IMG/VR virus record: IMGVR_UViG_3300012000_000005
Coordinates: 1 to 64,000 of that record
Strand: one strand, 5' to 3'
From: a virus
Length of the DNA: 64,000 nt
Position numbers and translations under genes: made by a program. Below, in pieces: positions 35,775 through 46,131 of this stretch (positions are counted from its first letter, which is position 1; each line of letters starts with the position of its first letter). The notes beneath the pieces were generated by a model. That model was not told the origin of the DNA. It worked only from the letters and a program-made list of their open reading frames with translations, and did no database searches.

Positions 35775-36079
35775 TGCCAACTACAGTTACACGTTTTAGA
35801 GCAGGTACTGCTGGAACTACAGATGGCTCTGCCTACTCTGTTCCTGCAAGTAATACTGCAATTATTACTAATGTAAATCTTTCAAACAAGACAGGTGCTA
35901 CACGCACAGTCACCGTTACTGTTGGTGGCTTTTCGTACTGCACAGGTCTACAGGTACCGCCAAACGGTACTGTAAACTTCGATACTCGCACAGTGTTGAA
36001 TGCCACAGAAACCATTACAGTTACGGCAGATGTTGCATCTGCAGTTGACTTTTTGATTTCTGGCGTTTTAATTTCTTAA
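35774..36079 (+). CDS. Small beta-sandwich virion protein
   Basis: Y.VPA..TA.I....L.N pattern; TAATG coupling. Confidence 0.65.
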   Translation: MPTTVTRFRAGTAGTTDGSAYSVPASNTAIITNVNLSNKTGATRTVTVTVGGFSYCTGLQVPPNGTVNFDTRTVLNATETITVTADVASAVDFLISGVLIS

Positions 36080-36105
36080 CAACCAGGTAAAGGACAGGTA
36101 TATAA

Positions 36106-39100
36106 ATGGCTATTAGTTCAAGCAAAGAATTTATCGTATTTCCTAACGATAATTCTGGTCGCGTTTACGTTAAAGAGCAGGCCTTTACAGCCAGTGGTAC
36201 CTGGACAGTTCCTGCTGGTGTAACAAGCGCTCAAATCATCCTCGTTGGTGGAGGTGGCGGCGGTGGAGGCGGAAGCCAAAACGTCGCGGGCGGCGGTGGC
36301 GGTGGCGGACAGGTAATTGTTCGTAACCTCGACGTTAATCCACTACAGACCTACACTGTAACAATTGGTGCAGGTGGTCAGGGCGGTCTTGGCGCTCAGA
36401 CTGGTGCAGCTGATGAAACAAGCACACTTCCAGGCGGTAACGGTACTCCTACCTCATTTGGAAACATTACAGTTGCAAACCTTTTGACAAATACAGACTT
36501 TGATTACAACATTCTTGGCTGGGAACCAGACATTACTTTCCGTTCTGCCACTGGTATTTCTGGTCAGTCTGGTATCACCGTATATCCTAATGCTGCTGGT
36601 ATTTCAGTAGGTCAGATTGTATCTGGTGGTAACATTGCTGGTGGTGCGGTTGTTCAGTCTATTACTGGAAACGTAGTAGCGCTATCTCTTGCTAACACAG
36701 GTACAGTGAGCGGTATTATTCGTTTTGACAACGATACTGTTCGTCTACGTCCATCTAACGTATTCTTTAATAACATCTCAGGTGGCGGTGACACAACTAA
36801 CCCACAGACATCAAATACCCCAGGTTCACCATATTTCCAGAACCTATCTAACAACATTTTGATGCCTGAACTATCACAGCTTGAAGAAGCAGCCCTTATC
36901 ACGAACAATAACATTCGTCAGTATGGAACTGCGCTTTCTACCTTTACCATTACCAACGCTGGTGTTCCTACCAAGTTGGCAGAAATGGCTGGCGGATACG
37001 CTAAGTTAGCAACGGGTGTATTAACTGCAACATCAATTACTTTGGATAGCACACTAAATGTTTATCCAGGTATGTCTATTTCAGGAAATGGTTTCCAAGC
37101 TGGAACTACTGTTCTTAGCGTAGATAGCAGCACAGCGATTACAATTTCTGCTGCACTTACATCGCCATTAACTGCCAGTGCTTGTACTGTTTCTTACACA
37201 GGCGCTACTGGTGCTAACGCCCTTATTTGCGGTACTAGCTCCTCAACAGCGTCGGGTAACCCAACATGGGTTCAGTTCTCTAACATGAACTCAACCAGCA
37301 CTTCAAACGGTCTTCAGACATCTGCAGGTTTCCAGGGAGTTCCATATATCCCAGGCACTACCTACACAATGTCTGCTTATGTTTCTACAAACGTAAATAT
37401 CAGCACCTCAACACCAATCCTATTCCAGATTCGTTCAGCGGGAGCTTCTCGTAACGCTATCTCCAGCACTTCATATCAGGGCGGCTCTAACTCAGCAACC
37501 ACTGACTCTATTGATGCTGGTACCGCTAACGGTTTCTTTGTGCGTCAAGCAACTCCAGCAGCCTTGAGTGGGTACGGTGGTTCCTTCTCAACTACAGCTA
37601 ACGCAGGCAACAACTCCACAACAATTACTGTTGCTGATGCAAGCGGTATTTTGCAGAGCATGACCATCACAGGTTCAGGTATTCAGTCAAACACTACAGT
37701 ATCTTCTATTGTGGGAAACACTGTTACTATAAGCCTTCCAACAAACGCTGTTATTACTAACGGTGCTGTTTCATTCAACTCTGGAAACTCTCAGGTACTT
37801 GGTTCAAACGTTACTCCTAGCCAAACACCATGGCGCCGTATCTCAGCAACCTTTACCACACCAACAATTGCAACCACACTTGCTAACAGCATTTATGCGT
37901 TTGGTTCAACACCTCAGTTTATTCACCCAGTAATCATGCTTCAGCAGGGTTCTGTAAACTACTGGTTTGATAACATCCAGCTTGAAGTTGGTAATACAAC
38001 TACAACTTGGCGTCCACCTGTATACCGTGAGGCACAAGCACTTGTTGCTATGTCTAACAACGCACAGGGCGGAAACCTTGAGGCTTCACACCGATTTGTA
38101 AGGTCAGTAGCTGGTACTCAGTACTCAGGTTCTGCATTCGTTGTTGATATGGGTACAGCTAACCAGTACCGTCCAGTGCGTGGATTTATCGAGTTTTTTG
38201 ATAGAGACTACAACTCACTGCTTCGTACAGAAGGCAGCAACGTATTCTTGCCAATCTCTGGTGTTTCAGCGCTAACTCAGCAAATGCCTAACGTTACTTA
38301 TCCAGTACGTGTAGGTGTGACAGCTACAGCTCCTGTTAACACTGCTTGGATGAAGTTTGGTGTCTTTAAGCTTAACGGCACTCAATCAGCTTCAGCTAAC
38401 GCAATTGAACTTGCAATCATGGCTCCACAGCTTGAGGCTGCAGCAGTCCCAACTATTTACAAAGAAGCTGACGGCGTTAACTTTGTATACGCTGGACAAG
38501 CTGGTGTCACACCAATTGTTACAGCAGCAACCATCTCTGCAGAAGGTGGCGGAGGCGGCGGAACATATAACGCTAACTCACTAGTTTGGCAGTACGGTCT
38601 AGAAGGCGGCAACAACGGCGGTCACGCTGCACGTAACGCCCACACTTCTATGACTCTTGCTGGCGGTGGCGCTGGTTCAGGTTCTGCAGGTGGCAACGCG
38701 CTTTCATACATGCCTGGATTCTCAGGCGGTAACACCACTGGTGGTTCTAACATCACTACAGGTACAGCTCAGCAAACATGGCCACTTCGTGGAAACTACG
38801 GTGGTGGCGCATTCTGGCAGACTGGTACAGGCTCAGCTAACATCCCAGGTTGGGGTGGAGACGGTGGTCTTGGACAGTTAATTAACAGTATTAACAGCGG
38901 TTCGCCTATTGGCCTCGCACTTGGTGGCGGTGGCGGTGGCGCTGGCTGGAGCTCTAACTCACAATTCCAAACTTCTCCAGGTCGCGGAAACGGTGGCGGT
39001 GGTAAGGGTGCAGGTACTTGGATTCTTAACCAGTCTGCTGCAACTGCTGATTACTACGCACGTGGCCTTGATGGTATTGCTAACACTGGCGGCGGAGGCG

Positions 39101-39756
39101 GCGGTGGAGGTTCAAACTGGTCCAACGACCCAGCTACCTTCATTAACCACGCAGCTGCAAACGTTGCTGTTAACTATGAAGCGCTATCTGCTGAATACTT
39201 CAAGTGGACACCTATTTACAACGCAACAATCGTTATCTCAGGACAGGCTGGTTTCTACGGTTCAAACGTTCTACGTGTGACTATTCAAGATGTTGGTAAT
39301 GCAAAAATTACTACCACATGGCAGTCATTCCCAATTCTTCCACGCATCCCACTATTCTTCTCAGGTGTGGCTGCACGTCTAACAACTGCTCCTGGTGGTG
39401 TGACATCTTCACAGTTCCCAGGTCTTGCTAAGCGCGTACGTCCAACAGTTCGTTGGAAGAATGACCGTAACATTGTTCTTCGTGAAGACCGTCCAGATTT
39501 CAACATTGTATTTGCTGGTACTAACGCCATCACTTACCTTGGCGCAGCAGGTGCTACATCTGGTTCATGGTTAACTCTTCAGGCTCCAGCTGACGCATCA
39601 TTCTTTGATGTATGCTGGGAATTCCTATACTTTGATGCTGGCGACATCGTTGATGTTGACCTTGGTGGATGCCAGTATCAGGGCTATAAGTCAGACGGCG
39701 GTAACGGTGCTGACGGTTATGCTCTAATCCGCTGGTTTGACAAAGCAGTTCTATAA
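36106..39756 (+). CDS. Glycine-rich tail fibre or receptor-binding protein
   Basis: FTASGTWTVPAGV..GGGGGG domain enclosing CBM-like inserts; C-term G.NGADG...IRW. Confidence 0.75.
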   Translation: MAISSSKEFIVFPNDNSGRVYVKEQAFTASGTWTVPAGVTSAQIILVGGGGGGGGGSQNVAGGGGGGGQVIVRNLDVNPLQTYTVTIGAGGQGGLGAQTGAADETSTLPGGNGTPTSFGNITVANLLTNTDFDYNILGWEPDITFRSATGISGQSGITVYPNAAGISVGQIVSGGNIAGGAVVQSITGNVVALSLANTGTVSGIIRFDNDTVRLRPSNVFFNNISGGGDTTNPQTSNTPGSPYFQNLSNNILMPELSQLEEAALITNNNIRQYGTALSTFTITNAGVPTKLAEMAGGYAKLATGVLTATSITLDSTLNVYPGMSISGNGFQAGTTVLSVDSSTAITISAALTSPLTASACTVSYTGATGANALICGTSSSTASGNPTWVQFSNMNSTSTSNGLQTSAGFQGVPYIPGTTYTMSAYVSTNVNISTSTPILFQIRSAGASRNAISSTSYQGGSNSATTDSIDAGTANGFFVRQATPAALSGYGGSFSTTANAGNNSTTITVADASGILQSMTITGSGIQSNTTVSSIVGNTVTISLPTNAVITNGAVSFNSGNSQVLGSNVTPSQTPWRRISATFTTPTIATTLANSIYAFGSTPQFIHPVIMLQQGSVNYWFDNIQLEVGNTTTTWRPPVYREAQALVAMSNNAQGGNLEASHRFVRSVAGTQYSGSAFVVDMGTANQYRPVRGFIEFFDRDYNSLLRTEGSNVFLPISGVSALTQQMPNVTYPVRVGVTATAPVNTAWMKFGVFKLNGTQSASANAIELAIMAPQLEAAAVPTIYKEADGVNFVYAGQAGVTPIVTAATISAEGGGGGGTYNANSLVWQYGLEGGNNGGHAARNAHTSMTLAGGGAGSGSAGGNALSYMPGFSGGNTTGGSNITTGTAQQTWPLRGNYGGGAFWQTGTGSANIPGWGGDGGLGQLINSINSGSPIGLALGGGGGGAGWSSNSQFQTSPGRGNGGGGKGAGTWILNQSAATADYYARGLDGIANTGGGGGGGGSNWSNDPATFINHAAANVAVNYEALSAEYFKWTPIYNATIVISGQAGFYGSNVLRVTIQDVGNAKITTTWQSFPILPRIPLFFSGVAARLTTAPGGVTSSQFPGLAKRVRPTVRWKNDRNIVLREDRPDFNIVFAGTNAITYLGAAGATSGSWLTLQAPADASFFDVCWEFLYFDAGDIVDVDLGGCQYQGYKSDGGNGADGYALIRWFDKAVL

Positions 39757-39766
39757 GGAGTAACTA

Positions 39767-40072
39767 ATGGCTAAATATGCACTGATTGACGGAACACTTG
39801 TAAACTCTGTAGTTGTAGCCGACTCCGAGGAAGGTCTCGGAGTTATGGCTTCACTATTTGAGGTTATAGATGTTACGGCATTAGTTCCACAGCCTTCAAA
39901 GGGCTGGGCATACGAAGGTGGGATTTTTTATCCTCCTAAGTTGACAGACGCCGCTAAAGCACTGTGGGATGGAAAAACATTCACAGACCCTAATATTATC
40001 GATGCAGAGGTTGTAGAAGAAACCCCTGCTATCGAAGAAACACCTGCAACTTCTAGTAGAAAGAGAAAGTAA
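39767..40072 (+). CDS. Fibre assembly chaperone-like protein
   Basis: YALID...V.SVVVA...GW.Y.GG.F.PP; follows glycine-rich fibre. Confidence 0.6.
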   Translation: MAKYALIDGTLVNSVVVADSEEGLGVMASLFEVIDVTALVPQPSKGWAYEGGIFYPPKLTDAAKALWDGKTFTDPNIIDAEVVEETPAIEETPATSSRKRK

Positions 40073-40456
40073 ATGGCAATATCATCATCGCCTACGGTGT
40101 TGACCCAGTCTAACGACGCCTACATCAACGCTGGACATACTGGACGTTTGCAGACCTTTTCTGCATCAACTGGTGCAGTAAGTATCAACGTAACTAACGG
40201 ACCTTTTGTCCGTATTGCAAACCCTGTCGGTGCGGTTACCGTAACCTTTGTTGGTATTCCAACTGGTTATGGAAACCTGTGGCAGGTAGAAGTTGCTAGC
40301 CGTGGAGCTAATGCTGTTGCATTTAACAACATCATTTGGGACGGTGGCTCAGCCCCAACTTTAGCTTCAGGTACTAATAAGACTGTTCTTGAGTTCTACT
40401 CATGGGACGGCGGTACCCAAATCTTCGGTCGCGTTAAGTTTGCAACCCTAGCTTAA
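40073..40456 (+). CDS. Small fibre-tip-like protein
   Basis: W.GG.APTL...F.S.DGGT motif; MAISSS N-terminus shared with the 36106 protein. Confidence 0.6.
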   Translation: MAISSSPTVLTQSNDAYINAGHTGRLQTFSASTGAVSINVTNGPFVRIANPVGAVTVTFVGIPTGYGNLWQVEVASRGANAVAFNNIIWDGGSAPTLASGTNKTVLEFYSWDGGTQIFGRVKFATLA

Positions 40457-40467
40457 TTTATAGAAAT

Positions 40468-40504
40468 AGCTCCCCGCCGTCCCCAGGGACTGGCGGGGCT
40501 TTTC
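40468..40504 (+). terminator. Rho-independent terminator
   Basis: CCCCGCC-GTCCC-CA-GGGAC-T-GGCGGGG then CTTTT. Confidence 0.7.
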
Positions 40505-40526
40505 TATTTAAAGGTACAATTAATTT

Positions 40527-41585
40527 ATGAAAATAGCCGTATACACCATCGCATTAAATGAAGAACAGTTTGTAGAACGCTGGTATAAATCAGCTAAGGA
40601 TGCTGACTATCTCATGATTGCTGACACAGGCTCTGTTGATGAGACTGTAAGTAAGGCTGAAGCCCTAGGAATTGTGTGCCACAAAATTAGCATACGTCCG
40701 TGGCGCTTTGATGACGCCCGCAATGCTGCCCTTGCTTTATTACCTGACAACATTGACTATTGCATATCTTTAGATATGGACGAGTTGCTGGCACCAGGTT
40801 GGAGAAAGGAAATGGAAAAAGTTCCAAAAGGCTCTACACGTATACGCTACGACTACACCTGGAACTTTAACGACGACGGCACCCCAGGCTTAACATTTGG
40901 CGGAGATAAGATTCATGCACGTCACGGTTATCGTTGGGTTCATCCTGTTCATGAGTGCTTGTATACAGACCGTATAGAAGAAAAAGAATACTGGTCTAAG
41001 TTAGGACTGTGGCACAAAGCTGATAACTCTAAATCCCGTGGGCAGTACCTACCTCTTCTTAAACTGTCAATAGAAGAAGACCCAGATAATGACCGTAACG
41101 CCTACTACTACGCTCGAGAGTTATTCTTTCACGGACAGTACGAAGAAGCTAAGGTTCAGTTTGAACGTCACCTTTCCCTGCCAAAAGCTATATGGAAAGC
41201 TGAACGCGCATCGTCTATGCGCTACATAGCCAAGTGTTCTACAGACGAGGCAGAAAAAATTAAATGGTGGAAATTAGCAACTCAAGAAGCACCTGGTAGA
41301 AGAGAGGGGTATGTTGAGTGGGCTAACTACCACTACGACAAAGGTAACTTTACAGAGTGTCTACATCTGTGCAAAAAAGCACTTAATATTAAAGAACGAG
41401 ATATGGACTATTTAAATGAAGCATTTGCTTGGGGCCCTTTGCCTTACGACTTAGCCGCTGTATGTTCCTTTTGGCTTGGTGAAAAAGAAAAAGCGGTTGA
41501 ATATGCGGAGAAGGCGGTAGAGCTAGACCCGACAAATGAGAGATTAAAGAGTAACCTAGAACTTTGTAGGAAGGAGATTGCCTAA
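40527..41585 (+). CDS. GT2 glycosyltransferase with TPR repeats
   Basis: IALNEE, DTGS.D, FDDARN, LDMDE, VHE; C-terminal TPR helices. Confidence 0.9.
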   Translation: MKIAVYTIALNEEQFVERWYKSAKDADYLMIADTGSVDETVSKAEALGIVCHKISIRPWRFDDARNAALALLPDNIDYCISLDMDELLAPGWRKEMEKVPKGSTRIRYDYTWNFNDDGTPGLTFGGDKIHARHGYRWVHPVHECLYTDRIEEKEYWSKLGLWHKADNSKSRGQYLPLLKLSIEEDPDNDRNAYYYARELFFHGQYEEAKVQFERHLSLPKAIWKAERASSMRYIAKCSTDEAEKIKWWKLATQEAPGRREGYVEWANYHYDKGNFTECLHLCKKALNIKERDMDYLNEAFAWGPLPYDLAAVCSFWLGEKEKAVEYAEKAVELDPTNERLKSNLELCRKEIA

Positions 41586-42106
41586 TGAGAGGTCACACCC
41601 CAGGCGGTCGTTTTGACGCTGACTTTGAAACCACCGACCTATTAAAAGGTGTAGACCACGACCTCAAGTACCCAGTGGGTACAAAGGCTCTCTGGTATGT
41701 GTGGAACCCTGCGGCAACTGTAGTTGACCCTATCTACGACACTGGTCAAGATATAACCAATAACCTTGGTGGCAAAAGGTGGCTTGGTCCTTATGAACTT
41801 CCTGTAGTTAGAGCAGTTATCACTCAAGGTCAAGCTAAGACTTCGGCGGTCGGTTACTACAACGCGGATGAGCTTCACCTTACTCTTAACATTGAAGACG
41901 TTGAAAGAATTGCTCCTGGTGTTATTGCAAACCCAGATAGGCAAAACCGCGGTCGTCTAATCTGGAAGAACCAGGTATATCGTCCATATGCTGTTCAAGA
42001 ACGCGGCATTGTTGCTGAAAGATTCACCCTACTGGTAGTAGACTGTATACAGGTCATGCCAGAAGAAATGGTTAATGACCCACAATTTTTAGCGTACGCT
42101 AACTAG
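41585..42106 (+). CDS. Head closure or neck protein
   Basis: Position and size; beta-rich. Confidence 0.5.
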   Translation: MRGHTPGGRFDADFETTDLLKGVDHDLKYPVGTKALWYVWNPAATVVDPIYDTGQDITNNLGGKRWLGPYELPVVRAVITQGQAKTSAVGYYNADELHLTLNIEDVERIAPGVIANPDRQNRGRLIWKNQVYRPYAVQERGIVAERFTLLVVDCIQVMPEEMVNDPQFLAYAN

Positions 42107-42114
42107 GAGGCAAC

Positions 42115-42396
42115 ATGCTAAATCATTCAGCGTTTACAGTAGGTACTAGTCCAGTTTTACTTGTAACTATTGGACCAAAAGAACCCACCACTACAGTCAC
42201 AATTGTTAACGACGATAACAACTCTATCTATGTTGGCGATGCTCAGGTTGCCACATCTGGAGCAGATAAAGGCCTTACTATAAAGAAGGACTCTGCTTAT
42301 AGATTTGACCTTAACGCTGGGGACAAGCTGTATGCAATAACGGCTACACCTACAGCTGCCAACGCCGTATCTATTGTCTATTCATCATTGTTCTAG
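42115..42396 (+). CDS. Small structural protein
   Basis: GGAGG SD; beta-rich IYVG...G....L..GDKLYAI. Confidence 0.6.
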   Translation: MLNHSAFTVGTSPVLLVTIGPKEPTTTVTIVNDDNNSIYVGDAQVATSGADKGLTIKKDSAYRFDLNAGDKLYAITATPTAANAVSIVYSSLF

Positions 42397-42405
42397 GAGT
42401 AATAT

Positions 42406-42570
42406 ATGAAAGGCAAATCTAAAGTAGAAAAGGTTATGCACGAGTACAAAGCTGGTACTTTAAAGTCTGGTAAAAAAGGTCCTGGTAAAGGACCTAAAGT
42501 AAAGTCCAAAAAACAGGCTATAGCAATTGCTATGTCTGAAGCTGGTATGTCAAAGAAGAAGAAAAAATAA
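42406..42570 (+). CDS. Lys-rich micro-protein (DUF6496-like)
   Basis: Manual translation MKGKSKVEKVMHEYKAGTLKSG...KQAIAIAMSEAG. Confidence 0.75.
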   Translation: MKGKSKVEKVMHEYKAGTLKSGKKGPGKGPKVKSKKQAIAIAMSEAGMSKKKKK

Positions 42571-42791
42571 TGGCACAAAAAGAAAAACCAGCCAAGCTTC
42601 TTGCTGGTGGAGCACCGCACGTTGTCTATAAAAAAGACAAAAAAGTGATTGTTGACCACCTTGGTAAGAAGGGTGGCAAAAACGACAAAATAAATCTAAC
42701 CCAAAAAGGCGGAGCTAAGACAGTGAAGCAAGGGGTTAAGGCGGTAAAAAACTGGCATTCAAAGAATGCCCATCGTAGTCAGGGACGCTAA
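42570..42791 (+). CDS. Lys-rich micro-protein
   Basis: TAATG coupling. Confidence 0.7.
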   Translation: MAQKEKPAKLLAGGAPHVVYKKDKKVIVDHLGKKGGKNDKINLTQKGGAKTVKQGVKAVKNWHSKNAHRSQGR

Positions 42792-42961
42792 TGGCTAAAA
42801 AAGAAAAACCAGTTTGGGAGAAGAAGGACCCAACCCCAGGCAAATCTAGTAAACTATCTAAGAAGCAGAAATCCTCTGCTAAGGCTAGGGCGAAGGCAGC
42901 AGGCCGTCCCTATCCCAACCTCGTCGACAACATGGCTGCTGCAAGAAAGAAGAAAAAATAA
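42791..42961 (+). CDS. Lys-rich micro-protein
   Basis: Manual translation ...AKARAKAAGRPYPNLVDNMAAARKKKK. Confidence 0.7.
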   Translation: MAKKEKPVWEKKDPTPGKSSKLSKKQKSSAKARAKAAGRPYPNLVDNMAAARKKKK

Positions 42962-43092
42962 TGTGCGCAACATGTGGATGCATGGGCAGCAAGAAGTCTG
43001 CTAAGAAGGCTCCAGCAAAGAAGGCAGCAGCTAAGAAGGCTGCAGCTAAGAAAATGCCAGCTTTCCTAAAGAAGGCTGCAAAGAAGAAGTAA
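42961..43092 (+). CDS. Histone H1-like micro-protein with CxxCxC N-terminus
   Basis: Manual translation MCATCGCMGSKKSAKKAPAKKAAAKKAAAKK... Confidence 0.7.
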   Translation: MCATCGCMGSKKSAKKAPAKKAAAKKAAAKKMPAFLKKAAKKK

Positions 43093-43093
43093 C

Positions 43094-43363
43094 ATGGCTA
43101 AAACTCCGTCCTTCATGAAGGGCAAATACACTAAGTCCAAAGATGAAAAGATGGACGCCCGTCTTATGAGAAAGGGCGGCATCACTGATAAAGATGATAA
43201 GGCTGAGTTCCATAAGATGGACAAAGCCCACGGCAAAAAGAAGAAGCCAAAGACTATTGCCGAAGATAAGAAGATTGACCTAGGCATTATTAAAAAGGTC
43301 AAGAAGAAAGAAAAGGCTGAGGAAAAAGCCGAAGCCAAGGCAGAAAAAAAGAAAAAGAAGTAA
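43094..43363 (+). CDS. Lys-rich micro-protein
   Basis: ORF track. Confidence 0.7.
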   Translation: MAKTPSFMKGKYTKSKDEKMDARLMRKGGITDKDDKAEFHKMDKAHGKKKKPKTIAEDKKIDLGIIKKVKKKEKAEEKAEAKAEKKKKK

Positions 43364-43471
43364 CCGCTTAGGGGTCCCAAAAGGGCCCCTTTGCTTTATC
43401 CTAGTTAGTGAGCCCATGCGGGGCTCAAAGCACCACCCCTGCGTTTACCCTGCTACTCCTACAGGAGCACC

Positions 43472-43633
43472 ATGCCTGAAGATAACAAGATAAGTAAAGC
43501 TTCCGATGTGGAATTCATCGAGGCTTTAGCCGAAGCCAATAAAGGCTCGGGCGCTGGCGTGTGGAAAGCACTTGTAATAGGAGCAGTAACGCGAGGGATT
43601 ATTAACGGTGTTACCAACAAGCGTCGTAAATAA
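43472..43633 (+). CDS. 53-aa hypothetical protein
   Basis: AGGAG SD; manual translation MPEDNKISKASDVEF... Confidence 0.55.
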   Translation: MPEDNKISKASDVEFIEALAEANKGSGAGVWKALVIGAVTRGIINGVTNKRRK

Positions 43634-43931
43634 TTTTAATTCTAAGCTGTCGTCATCATCAATCTCGTTGACAGCCGAGCTTCGTCGTCACGCTCTCAAT
43701 CGAGGCTGGCCTAGTGAGATAGTCAATTCCTTAGCGGTCGTTAAAAACGGCGGCTTACTTGACATTACTTACCCAGAACAGTTTCGTACACAGATAGAGA
43801 ACTTAGAGTATGGCGATGGTCCTAACCCACCCTCACCTGTTCTTCGTTCTTTTAACTACAGGGCAGACCAACTAGCTGAAGACATCTACGAGGAAACTCA
43901 CGAGTCACTAATAGAAGCGAGCAGGATATAA
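43608..43931 (+). CDS. Putative tail completion protein
   Basis: LEYG...P.PV motif; position. Confidence 0.5.
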   Translation: MLPTSVVNNFNSKLSSSSISLTAELRRHALNRGWPSEIVNSLAVVKNGGLLDITYPEQFRTQIENLEYGDGPNPPSPVLRSFNYRADQLAEDIYEETHESLIEASRI

Positions 43932-43932
43932 C

Positions 43933-44574
43933 ATGGGTAACCCATTTATTATTGCTGAGGACTTAGCCTTAAAAACCCTGTTACAAGGAATGACTGTGTC
44001 AGATGAGAAGAACGCATCTCGTCAAGTTAAGGTGTGGTTTGGGTACCCAGACGTTGAAGTCAGAGCCCAAGAATTCCCATTTGTAACTATTGACTTAATT
44101 GACATGTTACCCGCAAACGATAGGCAAACCTCAGGAATGCTTACCGACAATGATTACAGAGGAACAATATCCCCTGTAAACAATAGGACCTACTCCTATG
44201 AAATACCAGTAGCTTTTGATTTGGTCTATCAGATTACGACCTACGCGAGAAATCCGCGACATGATAGGGCCATCATTCATCAGCTCACAACTAAGTTTCC
44301 ATCAAAGTACGGCGGCTTGTTAGTGCCTAATGAACTAGGTACTGAAACCTCAAGACGACACATGTTCCTTGATGGGTTTGCAAAGAGAGACGCAGTTGAC
44401 GGTGAGACTGGCAACCGCAGACTTCTTCGCAATGTCTACACAGTAAGAGTTGTTAGCGAACTTACCCCGCTTGCTGCAAAGATTGCTACCAAGCGTGTTG
44501 AGGAAGTTAACATCAACACTAACCCAGTGTCCGTACCACAAGCCGTAATCCCTGCAGGACTAACAAAACTCTAA
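43933..44574 (+). CDS. Tail terminator or sheath stabiliser
   Basis: P..FDLVYQITT motif; directly before sheath. Confidence 0.65.
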   Translation: MGNPFIIAEDLALKTLLQGMTVSDEKNASRQVKVWFGYPDVEVRAQEFPFVTIDLIDMLPANDRQTSGMLTDNDYRGTISPVNNRTYSYEIPVAFDLVYQITTYARNPRHDRAIIHQLTTKFPSKYGGLLVPNELGTETSRRHMFLDGFAKRDAVDGETGNRRLLRNVYTVRVVSELTPLAAKIATKRVEEVNINTNPVSVPQAVIPAGLTKL

Positions 44575-44613
44575 TACACGGTCACCAAAGTTTAAACAAA
44601 GGAGATATAACAA

Positions 44614-46116
44614 ATGGCAGTACTACGACCAGGGGTCTACGTCGAAGAGACGCTTAACCCTGTTGCACCTGTAGTTGGCCCGAACTCAGATTCTATTGGT
44701 GCTTTTATTGGCGCCAACGATAGAGGACCAGTTCTTACACCAACACTTGTAACTTCTTGGAGCCAGTATGTAACCCTATTTGGTTCTTGGAATACCAGTG
44801 CAACTAACAATTTACCTTTAGCTGTATACATGTTCTTTTCAAACGGCGGAAGCCAGTGCTACGTTGTTCGTATAACAAACAACGCTACAACCGCAACCCG
44901 TTCTTTGGCAGACCGTGCAGCAACACCATCTACAACCCTTCAAATTCAAGCAAAGAACGCTGGCGCTTGGGGTAACAACATTAACATTTCAGTAGTTAAC
45001 TCTGTTACATCAGGTCTCTTTGATTTGCTTGTTTACTACAACGGCAACACAGATGCTAACTTGGTAGAGCGTCACAATGACCTTTCCATGACAGCCTCTA
45101 ATGCTCGTTACGCACCAACAGCAGTAAACGCAGCATCAAATTACGTAGTTCTTACAGACCTAAACTCTGGAAACACTGGAGCTACTCGTAACCCAGCTGT
45201 TGTAACTAACCAAACTCTTGCTACTGGAAGCGCTGGAAGCGCCCTAGGAAACAATGATTATGGAACTGGTTTGCTAGCTCTTGACACTGTTAAGCAATCT
45301 TTGATTCTTAACGTTCCAGGAGTATCAAACGTTCCTGTCATTAATGCAGCAATTGGTTATGCAAACTTTAGACAAGATGTTTTTGTTGTTATTGATGGAG
45401 TATACGATGTAGTTTCTACACAGCTTGCTCTTGCTTCTCAATATACATCTAGCTCATTAGCTGCAGTTTACTATCCAAACCTATTGATATCTGACCCAAC
45501 AACCGCTGTTGGTTCTGGTTCTGGACGTACTGTTGCAGTAGGTTCTGGAGCTGCAGTTGTAGGTTTGATTAGCTCAACAGATGCATCACGCGGAGTGTTT
45601 AAAGCACCAGCGGGCTTGCAGGCACGTCTTGCAGGAGTTGTATCAGTTGTTACTCTAACTAATGCTGAACTTGATAACCTTAACTCAGCAGCGGCACCAG
45701 TAAATGCAATTAAGTTTGTACCTGGTTCTGGATTTGTTGTTATGGGTTCAAGAACACTTAAGCCTGGATACGTAGACAAGTACGTACCAGTACGCCGCAC
45801 ACTTATTTATCTACGTAAGGCTCTTACAGACCTTACTGAGTTTGCCATCTTTGAACCAAACGACGAAGCTTTATGGCGTCGTCTTGAAGCCAGCGTTAGT
45901 ACATTCCTAACAGACTTCTGGAGCAAGGGCGGTCTACGAGGCACAACACCTCAAGCAGCATTCTTTGTTAAGGTTGATGCAGAAAACAACCCACAAAGCT
46001 CAATTGATAATGGATATGTAAACATCGAAGTCGGTGTTGCATTACAGCGTCCAGCTGAGTTCATCATCATTAAAATCGGTCAGTTTGACGGTGGAACCAC
46101 CGTTACTGTGGCGTAA
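44614..46116 (+). CDS. Tail sheath protein
   Basis: PGVYVEE, FF.NGG..CYVVR, RGVFKAPAG, YVPVRR, FEPND, PAEFI. Confidence 0.95.
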   Translation: MAVLRPGVYVEETLNPVAPVVGPNSDSIGAFIGANDRGPVLTPTLVTSWSQYVTLFGSWNTSATNNLPLAVYMFFSNGGSQCYVVRITNNATTATRSLADRAATPSTTLQIQAKNAGAWGNNINISVVNSVTSGLFDLLVYYNGNTDANLVERHNDLSMTASNARYAPTAVNAASNYVVLTDLNSGNTGATRNPAVVTNQTLATGSAGSALGNNDYGTGLLALDTVKQSLILNVPGVSNVPVINAAIGYANFRQDVFVVIDGVYDVVSTQLALASQYTSSSLAAVYYPNLLISDPTTAVGSGSGRTVAVGSGAAVVGLISSTDASRGVFKAPAGLQARLAGVVSVVTLTNAELDNLNSAAAPVNAIKFVPGSGFVVMGSRTLKPGYVDKYVPVRRTLIYLRKALTDLTEFAIFEPNDEALWRRLEASVSTFLTDFWSKGGLRGTTPQAAFFVKVDAENNPQSSIDNGYVNIEVGVALQRPAEFIIIKIGQFDGGTTVTVA

Positions 46117-46131
46117 AGGAGATAACCACAA

